From the IMG/VR virus record IMGVR_UViG_3300021399_000127, positions 1 to 64,000 of that record: a stretch of DNA of 64,000 nt. The stretch is one strand, 5' to 3'. The notes under the pieces are model-generated. The model searched no databases, was not told the origin of the DNA, and was given only the letters and a program-made list of their open reading frames with translations. This document shows, one piece after another, positions 50,801 to 62,500 of the stretch (the stretch's first letter is position 1; each line of letters starts with the position of its first letter). The position numbers were made by a program, and so were the translations under genes. The stretch is from a virus. Taxonomy: Duplodnaviria; Caudoviricetes.

Positions 50801-53800
50801 CAAATAACGCTGTACTTTCTGCAACAGATGTTGTATACAATGAAGACACAGGTAAGTTTGAGTTTGTTATACCTATGGCTGCTACAGCTGATGCTAGGTG
50901 GATGGAATCTATAATAAGGTCTACTGTTTGTAAACGTGTTGTAGACATCACAACACCAGGAGGAAGCTTTGTTCAGAGGTCTGTATTTGCGATAGAAGCT
51001 GAAGATGGAGAGTCTTAGATCTTAGGCGACGATAGTCCTTACTATCATGGTCAAGAGTTGAAGATGATAAACGAGCACGGTTCAATGGATTCTGTAATAA
51101 GTATAGACTATTTCTAGGACATGATACCGCCTCATATAAAAGAATTTAAAGCTCGTAGACAGTGGCTTATCGACAACAGAATAATAGGACCTGATGCTGA
51201 AACAGCTACTGTTGCTTACCGTATTCCTACTCAGGCACAATCTTCGATTCATGCACTACGATTCATAGATGTCTTACCTGCTACACAAGCAGCTATCGTT
51301 CTTCCTAAGGAGTTTACAAAAATAACAGGATCTGACTTCGATATCGACCACCTGTACCTTGCAACAATGAATTATAAAAAGGTAAAGGAGGATATAATAA
51401 CCGGAGGAGACGAAAACATTACTGGTGAATGGTTATCTCGTGAACCTTATGATTTGACAGAGAAACAACAGTGCGAAAACAATATCTTAGGAGTTATGAT
51501 AAAACTGTTATGCGATATAGGCAATTCTATGTCCTCGCTGTATAGATCAATTGATAACGATACAGAGTTACCAAAAAGCATAGCAGACTAGATAAAACCA
51601 AGAAAGGAAGATAATAAGAAGCACTTGCCGTATAATTTCGGAACTCTACACGAACAAGTTAGACGTAAGAGTGACTATATGACAGGTAAAACTGGAATTG
51701 GACCGTTTGCATTGAATGTGACGTCACACGTTCTTACATATCTGTACGAGGTCGAGTTTAACAATTCTAAGTTTACAAAGAACACAGATATTAAGAGTTT
51801 GCATCATTTGTTTGACCATGATGACAATTATGTATCATCGTGGATATCAGCGTTTATTAATGCACACGTAGATATAGTAAAAGACCCATGGATAAGTAAA
51901 CTGAACGTAAATCCGTTTACATACAACCATCTTTCGTTACTAGTTCGTAGTGGCGTTGGAAATTAGGCTTGTTGGATGTGTGCACAACCGATAATAAGAG
52001 ATTTAGCTGCAGCACAACAACAAGCACAAAGTGAGATACTTTCAGATGGTGGAACGTCTAAAGCTAAGCGCAAACAAGAGTTGTTTGATGCCGTACTTAA
52101 GAAGTATGGAATAACAATGTCGTGGAAAGAGCTGCAGGCTTGGGGTAAAAACAGGAATAATGTTGATGCAAGAATCGCAGCTACAAATAGTGTTTTAAGA
52201 TATCGTACAGATGAGCTTATCGACCAAGCAATTAACCCTGACAACATAAACTACTCTTTGCAGAACGATGTTGTAAAAGCATTCGTCGCACTGGAGCCAT
52301 ATGCACAGGGTTTGAGCAATCTTCTACAGTATACGAAAGTAGATACTCGTAAGTATGGAAAGAACTTCATCCAGATGCGTTGCTATTATGAAAAGTACTT
52401 GAACGCTTTCTATGGTGATAACGATCATACAATCTACAATATCGACAGTGTTCATAGAATGCTAGAAGGTAGCTGGATAGACCAGAAAACAAGATCTGCT
52501 ATACAATTACCGTTATATATAATGAGTCAACAGACGTTTGACGCCAACAAATAGTTCTACAATACTATATATAAATTATGTTGGGCTATTACTCAAGACA
52601 GATCGTTGTTTACCGAAGATCTAATGGAGGCTGTTTCGCAGCAATACAGAACAGCGATAAAACTCAAGTATATGCACGAATATGCAACGCAAGTTCTCGG
52701 AATGACTGATAAGGATATTCGAATGCTGTTCTTTGGAAAAGATCAAGACGGATCACGTTCTATGGCGTCTAGATTAAATGGATTAAAGGCAGCCGTTAAA
52801 ACGTATCCTGAATACCAAAGACTTGCTAACAACTATCTTATAGAAAAGTTATTGCCAAAAACCAGAGAAGATGATACTATAACATCTGAAGGAAAGTTGG
52901 CAAAAAAACCTATGTTCATAACAATATCTCAAGATGTCAACAACGAAAGAATGAATGAGAACGCGTTCTCTGATGCATGGGTTGAGTTACTTAATGACGA
53001 AGATCCTTATGTTAGAAAATTTGCAGAAGATCTTGTTGTTTATGCAATGTACACATCTGGAGAATATCAGGGATTTGATAAGATTGCAAAACTTATTCCA
53101 CCAGAATGGTTGCGTGGCGATACATAGAAGACACCTGTTATAATAGACGGAGTTGCTAACAACTCATTCTCTGATTTTATAAAGCATGCTCTTACGTCAT
53201 CATATGCTCAGAGTTTAGCTAGCAATGATATGTAGAACTCTATAGTATCACACCTTCAAGACAAATTCTTTATCGTACAAACTATACCACAGCAAACAGC
53301 AGATGGAAAATAGAACTTCTTGTCTGTAGATACTGACAGGTCTGTCTTAATAGGCTCATCTGAAGTGTTGGATGAAGATGGAAACGCTCCTACGTTTATA
53401 AAGGTTAAAAAGCGTTACGCTTCTAACAAGAGACAGTCTTCGTATAATTTGTACAGATATGTTGGTAGCAATAATGGTTTTCCAATATATGTGTATTGTA
53501 AAAGTGTTGGATACAAGAACGGCACCGAGAATATATATGAGTACTGGTTCGATATGTAGTACGAGGAAAATGACAGTAAAATCTCTAAGAAGCAGAACAA
53601 GTTTGAGGATACACGACGTATAGTGCTTTAGGCGATTAACGATCTGTTTGATTATACATACAGCGGCAAGAAAGAATCGTTAGATTAGTTCTTTGAAAGA
53701 GCGTCGGTCTATGCTTCTCAGGTATATGATAAAATAGATCCTAACGGTGGTGTTCAAATGCCTAGTTTGGTTAGAAAGAAGAGCGTATGGGTTAAAGCTA

Positions 53801-56544
53801 GAAGTAAGTACTCAAGAGAGTCTGTTGAGAACGATCCTAAAACTCTATATATATTCACAGATAACACAGATAGAACATCTGGTGGTGTACAATACGGAGA
53901 CGGATGGTATAAACAGAAGTATGGTGCAGGAGGTTTCGGAAGTTATAGTAATCCGACTACAGCTCAAATTCGTGGACTCGATAATGCTGCTCCTATCAGT
54001 ACTATGAGATATATGTATTCTAAACACGGGTTTACACATCCTGGAAAAGATCCTAATAGTTTGGCTAGGTGGCATGATTCAGACTTCGAAGAGTTTAAGA
54101 AAGTGTTTGACGACGAGATAGCTCAAATAAAAGCATTGTGGGACACTGGACGATTTGAAAAGATTGTATCTCCACAAGGTGATGGTTTCTTCGGAAGTAG
54201 ACTTACTGATATAAGTAAGGCACGTACTCCTAAGATATACGAATATATGAATCAAGAGTTCGAGAAATTATATCAGTATGTAAATAGTGGTTCTAGTAGA
54301 CAGACAGAAAGTGTAGACACAAACACTACATTCGAGTATGCTAGAACGGCTGATGGAAAACCTAACTATGAGGTTTCTTCAAGAGGAGATGCTAGATTCT
54401 CTGCTATGAATGCTACATTTGCTCCTGGTACGACATTGTTTGGTCACGACGTTGGTGGTAGAACAATAGAATCTGTATATCAGCATGGTGTTAAACAAGG
54501 AGACTGGTCTACTGATAACAACAACAAGACTGGTGCTCCAAAAGACAAGACTATAATAACTGGAAATACAGAGGATGACAGCTATGTTCAAGGATATCTC
54601 CCATTGTGGGAAGAATGGGCTAAGCAAAATACACAGTTGATGTAGGAACTTAGACAAAACGCTAGTGGTAAGGTTCTCACTGATATGTTTGCATCAACAG
54701 CCGTATCACAAGCTAGAGCTTTGGCTGACATTTTAAATAACAATCAGTCTGCTACTTCATCTGCTACAAATACACTCCATGGAAGACAAGCTACTCATGA
54801 GGAAGAACTTGCTACGTTGAACAGTGGTAAGACAATATTGTCTAATGAGGAGCTTGCTGCTTGGAATAAGAATGGTGTTGGAAAGAATCCTAGAATTCTT
54901 GTGGCTACAGAGAGAACTGATCCTGCATTCCATTCAAAAGAGATAATAGACATCATAAACGGAGTAAAAGGTGTTACTAATAGAAAGTATACCCAAATAA
55001 CCAAAGAAGAATATGATGCTCTGCCTAACGGTCAACGGTGGTACAAACAAGCTACAAAACAGTATTTTAGAGTCGATGTTACAAATCTAAGCAGCAGTGA
55101 TTTTGCAGGATTGTACATCATAACAAAGCATGATGGTCTCCCTATGAGAGACATATTGGCTACGAAAATACCAAAGTTAATACATTTCAGTATTACTGGT
55201 CTCGGTGGTACTACGTATGAACCTGGTGTCATGAAACCGAATGACTTGTTGGATAGAATCGGTGACTATATAAAGCAAGGGTTAGATCCAGACATGATAA
55301 CTGTACGAATAGATCCTATAGTACCTGGTGTAACAACTCCTTCTATGATAGAAAACATAGTCAAGAGGGCTTCTGAACTAGGAATAAAGAGAATACGATT
55401 CTCAATAATGGATGCTTACGGTAACACTGTTAGAAAGATGAACGCTCTAGGATATTCGTTTGACTAGAAGTATCATTGGGATATACAAGACGGTGTCAAT
55501 CGCATGGTTGTAAACGATGATGTCAAAGACTCTATTGTCAAGTTCATGTTGTCAATGAAAGACAAGTACGGTGTTACACTCGGAACTTGCGCAGAAAACA
55601 TTCATGTTGATGGAATATCCAACGAAGGATGTTTATCTGTAGATGGTGTAAACAGAATGCTTGGATCGAACATAGAAGATCGTGGCACCGATAACAATAA
55701 TCAACGAGTAGACTGTTCTTGTTATGGTGGAAAAGTCGACGCTTTGGCGTATGATAAGTATTGTGGAAGTGCGTGTGCCTATTGTTATGGAAAGCACGAA
55801 AACGATGCTGTTCATCAATACTACAATTAGGACGGAACGCTTAAACAAGATAAATTTACAATATCTGGATATACTGACGAACAAACACTTCCACAACAGC
55901 CGCAGACTAATAAGTATGTCAATCATAGTGGTGGAGCTATTGGTTCTGATTACGAATGGGGACAGTAGGGCTAGAAGTACGGAGTAACCTCTAATCATTA
56001 CTATCACGGAGCTAAGACGCCGCACGGAAATATTGAAATAACAGAATAGGAATTCGAAGAGGGGAAACAACATGTAATGATTGCCAACAGGACGTTGCAC
56101 AGAAGACCTGAACGATATTTGAATTTGTTAGCTAGAAACTACATGCAAGTAAAAAATTCTGATGCTGTATTCGCAATAGGACATCTCGTACGAGGAATAG
56201 TTGACGGAGGTACTGGTTGGGCTGTACAGATGGCAATAGATGATGGAAAACCTGTATATGTATACGATCAACAGAGATTGCAGTGGTATAAGAATATCAA
56301 CGGTCAGTGGTCTGAATCAGAAACTCCAACATTGACTACAAATTTTGCAGGAATAGGAACTCGTCAGATAAACGAAGCTGGAAAGCAAGCAATAAAAGAC
56401 GTGTACAGAAAAACGTTCGATGAACAAAATGGTGTCGGAAACAATAATATTTAGAAACCAAGTACCGGATATGCATCGTCTATATTCTCAGAAGAAGAAA
56501 TGAGACTTGGAGAGCAGTATAAAAACATTTGTAAAAATTAGTAA
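38827..56544 (+). CDS. giant single-chain virion RNA polymerase polyprotein (5905 aa, about 76 TAG=Gln)
   Basis: All long + strand fragments from 39901 to 56077 share one frame, and the gaps between them contain only TAG. Two-barrel RNAP motifs: TFADK, NVADG.AYI, SAVKVG, YRIPTQ and catalytic GSDFDID (DFDID at 51334-51348). Also HEAFH at 46552 and C-terminal accessory domains. Confidence 0.93.
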
Positions 56545-56545
56545 T

Positions 56546-59500
56546 ATGAATATTTGTCCAAATTTACATAACAAAAAAGTTAAAGAATAGTTCGAAGAAC
56601 TAGTCTCTGTGTTTGATGAAAATTAGGCGTATTATATTTGGGACAAAACAAACGGATATGGATTAGACTTGGCTCCAAACGGAGCTGAGTCTAAACTATT
56701 CGGTGATTTATTATAGTTTTGTAACGGTAATAGGGCAGATGCTCTTAAGATGAAGGCTACTACGCTATCCAGTAAGTTTCCTAAAGCTGACTCGATCTAG
56801 AAACAAATTGTAGACCACTTAAAGAAGCTGAAGATAAAGGTGCACGGAATAGAAGATATGAAGAAGTATCTTTCTGCTCGTGGATTTAGTTCTTTACAGC
56901 AGTTTATAGGTAAGAAGGCTAGAGCTTAGTTTGAGCAGCAACTTAGAAAAGCACGTCCTGACATGTCTGATGCTGAGATTAAATCAACTCTTGACTTTCT
57001 TCATTCTTTGGAGGACAACAAGGAAAACAATGCTTACATAAAGACAGCAGTGAGGTGGGTGATGAATAGATCGCTCACATTGCCTGAGGATAATACTAAA
57101 GCTCGTTAGGTTTTCGATGAAGCACGTAAAAGACACATAGATGTATAGAAGTATCCTACACTAAGTGCTCTTATTGCTTCTGATGAAATGAAGCCTAAAG
57201 AGAAAGAGAAGCCCAAATTCGATCCAGACAAGGCTAAGACATTCAGCAACAAACGCACAATTACGACAGAAGGTGGTAGAGTATTCACTGTATACGATGT
57301 AGAGAATACTGAAGAAGGACAACGAGAAGTTTGTCATGCTCTTGCTGCTCACTACAAAACATCTCCTTGGTGTTTATCTACATTTACTGCCACAGGAGAA
57401 CCTACTGAATCTGCTAAGTATTACTGGGACCATTATAATACACTTCCAAGAAAGATTGCTTATGAAAATGGAAAGCCAGTAGCTTTTAATAGCGATTATG
57501 GATCCCCTTATAATCTTTCGTTTAGAGGTATGGATGTGGTGTACTACCCGAATTCAGAACGTGGTAAGTATGGATTTAAACTTAACCCTTATGAGCCACT
57601 GGTGCTACAATTGATCCAAGAAGGTATTGTGCGCAATATATTTGACGACCAAGATGATGTCACACCTGTATATCGATTTACAGGTAAAGGAGAACGTCTT
57701 ATTGAGAAATCAGTAAGAGAAGCTTGGTGGGACATGGAAGATAGGTTTGCACAATTGAAGTTGTCAGACAATATTGTAGCCGACCCTTCTAATGGCGGAA
57801 TTGCTCCTGATTTTGATCAAGATTAGGAGTTTGATGACGATCTTTTTCTTCCAGTGGATCCTGATTATGACCCTTATGAGGATTTATTTCAGTCAGAAAC
57901 TGAATATGAACTAATCAATATACTGCAAGACATTGTACTACTAAATTTATATCGTGTAGAGAATTAGGATTATAACTTAGATCCAGTTTGGATTGTAAAC
58001 GAGTATTCAAATATTTATTTCCAAGAATTAATAGCACAAATATCAGACTTTGACTGGGGAAACCATCGTAATCCTGTAGAAGCCGCTTAGAGTATCGTAT
58101 AGAATAACAACGTAGAGTAGCATATACGTGAAACGATAAACGAATATTATACTAGACTACCTCAGCCAGCACCACCACTACAAAACGGACTTACTGAGCC
58201 CATACCTGCTCCTGTAGCTCCTGTAGCACCAATCGACTTAGGTCCAGGTTTGCCTTTCTATCTCACATCTAGTGGTGAGATATACGGTTTTGTAACCCTT
58301 GAAGGCGATATCTATCTCGATGAAAATGTAATATCTCCAGAACATCCTATCCATGAGTATACTCACTTATGGGACAGAGCTGTAGCAAAAAAGAATCCAA
58401 AGCTTTGGAAAAAAGGTGTAGAGTTAATGAAGAAAACCGATCTGTGGGAAGAGATTCTTTTCGACAAAAACTATGGCAAAAAGTGGACGTCTAATCCAAA
58501 TATAACACCTGAAGAATTAGAGTTTCTTGTTGCATCAGAAGTGCATGCTAGAATTGTTGGAGAGAAAGGTCAGTAGGTATTAGATAGAATAGCTAAACAG
58601 AAAGGTGGAGATAGTATAGTATCAAAACTTAAGGAATGGGCATTCCAGTTCTGGAAAACTATAGCATAGACTTTTTCTCCATGGACACAAGAACAGATAG
58701 ACAGATTATCTTATGGAGATTTTGTAAATATAGTACTCAGAGATTTTTCTCAAGATAAAAATGTTTTGGAGCTTGATGAAAACGGAGAAATGTCTGCACG
58801 AAATGTAATTTGTGCCGATCCGTTCTATGGAAGATCTGTTACAAGCAGCCAACAAACAAGGTGTATAATCAGTAAGCTGTAGTAGCATTTTGGAGACCTT
58901 ATATAGTATAATGACAAAACAAAGAGCTTTTATTTATACTATTAGAACCATCCTAGTTTTAGAAAACAAAACGCACTTACAGAAGTTCAGCTCATAGATC
59001 AGGTCATACAATATTGTAAGTATTTCTTTGACAAGATACCTATAATTCGACGTGTTGGTTCAGTGTTGAATCCTAATACTGGTAAGTTTGAACCGCATCA
59101 ACAACCTGCAATTCTTGGATTTGCTCCTAATAAAAGCATATTCGACAACTGGATAGATAAAGAGATGACTCTTTATGACAACAAATGTCTTATAGAACAG
59201 TTCTTAGAGCAAAGATTCCCTGAAACACAGGTACGTTGGATTACACGAGAAGAACAGGCTAGTCACAATTCGAATGCGAACGCTTGGTATGACATTGAAA
59301 ATAATTGTGTGTGTCTTGTTATGGATGCTGTAAAGTCAGATAATATAATAGAAGAGTTCTTACATCCTATAACACTGATGATGTAGTGCTCCAGTCCGTC
59401 TGTATTTGATGACTTATACGATTAGGCTGTGGAGAAATATCCAGAAATCCGTAAGCAGGTGGATAAGTTATATGGAAACGAAGATGAATTTGTAAAACGT

Positions 59501-62500
59501 AACGAGGTTGTCACTAAAGCTCTTTCTAAAGTATTAGACAAGAAAGAGAAGAACAAAAATCGTATAAGCGTAACAGAATCCATATTTAAGGATATAATAG
59601 ATCATATATCTCGTATATCGAATGGCAAGCATCAGATTGATGTAAATAAACTTCCCGATATGACATTGGATTAGTTCGTACAACTTATATGTTGTGAAGA
59701 TGTACAGTTTCTTACAAAAGATGCCGCACAGTATATAGACGAAGTAAAACAAAAACGATTGTATAATATAGCAAATACGCTTGACCCGAATGAGATCCAT
59801 GAACGACTTACTGATGCGATGGAGTCATTACATCGATAGTTGTCTAGTAAAAAAAGAACGTCTATTACTGATACTCGTAGGAAGCAGATTCATGAAACGC
59901 TGAATAAAATAAGAACTGCAGACACTATTGTACTAATGAATGACTTTTTAGGACAAGCTATTGAGAGTCTTGGTATTCCTAATGAGACTGATAATACGAT
60001 TCCTAAAGATTATACTCCAAATGATCTAGACTCACATCCGCAATCTGTGTGGGGAGCTTTACTAAAAGCTAAAGAAAACAATTACGCAAATGTAGATCCT
60101 ATGTTTTTAATGGATGAATTTAGATTTAGTATAGGTTTCTACGAATAGACGATGAAACTTCTCGAAAGTTTTATACATAATACTGGTATCTTAGAGCAGT
60201 ATATGTCTGACCAACAAGCAGGAGAAATACGAGAACAAGCAGATAATCTAAATAAAATTCTTCGTACAGTAAAGTCCTTATGGAGAGACGCTGTGTTTAC
60301 CGTTGGAGACCAAATTGTTGACAATTCTATCGATGAGTTTGTTACAGCAGAAAAACAAGATAAAGAATCTATGAAAATTGTATATAAAGATTGGCTTCAT
60401 AGGAATCTTTATTATGGCGATATTAATCTTGCACAGAAATTGGCAGCCAACTATGGTAGACATCAGAACGGTATTGTAAAAATGGCGTTTACATTGATAG
60501 GAGAAGCTAATACCAAAACATAGTTACGTTCGTACAATGAAGCTGTAGAAATAGACAAAGCGTTCAGTAGATGCAACAATGCTATACGTAAATCTCTTCC
60601 GTTCTCATGGCAAGATATGTTTATGGAACGTGATAGAAAAGGCAGGTATACTGGAAAATTTGCAAGAAAACTCAACTTTGGATAGTATGACCAAGATTTG
60701 GACTAGTTCGTTTCTGAGCTCAATAACAAATTTGATCAGGACTACGGATACCATTATGTATACAATGCGTCTGGAGATTTAGTGCGTTCAGATAATCAGC
60801 AACTAGCAGAAGATGAACCATGGGGCGACAGCATGACTAGTGATGATTGTCCTGTATGTATAAAGTATCTCAACGAGATTAATAAGTGGAAGGGCATTCA
60901 TTGTCACAGAAGATATACTGCTAATTATTATGGAGAAATGTTATCTAGACCGATAACAGCTACTCATAAGCAAGCTGGGGAACCATATGTGGATCTTCCG
61001 CACGGTCTATCTCCAAAAACATACTTTAAGTATAACAGGTTACAAGAAGATATAAACTACATATTGAACGATTGCACGGATCAAGATACTGGTTTTGCTA
61101 GGCCTGAATCACTTGAACCAGAAGATAAACTTAGGCTAGATCGTCTTTAGAAAGAGCTAAGAGATCTAAGTAATCCATTTGAGGACGATGGTTCGTTAAA
61201 GGAAGACGAAAAATATCAGATAGCCATAGAATTATGCTCTTGGTAGACGTGGATAGGTAAAAAGTTGAACACTAAAGTTGACATATAGGCTTTTGAAGAC
61301 GAATGTTCAAAACTTTCTGGTCAAGAGTTGGAAGATTTTGTAAAATACAATTCTTATTGGGGAGTACACCCGCAATACAGTGAGCAAATACCATATGCAA
61401 ATATTCCATAGGACATAAGGGTTCATGAGATGGATCTTAGAAAGTCTGCTTTGTTACGAATGCCTAGTACGACACGTGATTTGTTTAGAGAATTATATCA
61501 ATATAGGTTTAGTGGTGAGTTTTGGAAAAATTGTAGGGACTGCGATCAATATATTGCAGATAACAAACTCAGACAAAATTTAACAACACACGATAGATTT
61601 GCGGACCGGTTTTATAGAGAATTAGTTCCGTATATAGACGAATATGGTAACTACAGAACTGTTACTGGATAGGTAATGACGCCTCAACAGTATGGTGCGC
61701 TTGTAAAGTAGTATAGGGAACATCACGATGATTCGTCTAAACCACTTGTAGTATTGCCTGAATTGTACTCTTTTAAAGATTATATAACAGATCTGTATGT
61801 ACAAGAGGCGTTACAGAACGGAACTATACCTGGATTTAATGATAATGACAACGTACCTGTATCGTTCTCTGGTATGAGCGAAAATGATATACGTATGAGA
61901 GTAGAATAGTTATTCACGTACGTATATAATTATACTGATTATGATGGAACTCCTAGATCTGAAACCAGACCATTGAGTGTATTTGTTACTAATCAACCAT
62001 CCCACAACGTATTTCTTTCAGCAGATAAGGATAATAACGTTAATGTAGACCATGTTGTTATAAATGTACCTATAGGAAGATTTAGCACAAAGGTAGATAA
62101 CGGAAATAATCTCGTAGATGGCGAGTTTGATCCACAGCTTCGTGAGTCAGAACAACCTGTTCGTTTCGATGCAGATGGTAATCTGCTATATGATAACTCT
62201 AAAGCATTTAGTAAGCTTGGTGAAATAGGAACTCCAGATAGGGATCTGTACGAACTTCTTGTCGACACGATGAGAAAGAAATACCTGCAGGCGCATCCTA
62301 ATGCAACTAGGTATGATTATAGGCTACCGTAGATAAACGCATCTAATAGTTAGATATTATCTAGAGCGCTAAGGATAGGTATTAAGGATGCGTTCTCTAG
62401 TGTTATCGAATCAATATACGCAGTACAAGAAAACGATACCGATATGAGAACGGAAGAGTCTTATATTATAAACCCAGACGGTAGTAAGTCTTTAACTCTT

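Noticed and set aside
56539-56544. TAG as the true stop of the RNAP gene
   Set aside because: It is followed immediately by TAA, so it is consistent with Gln-stop. It may be a relic stop codon, but this cannot be decided here.
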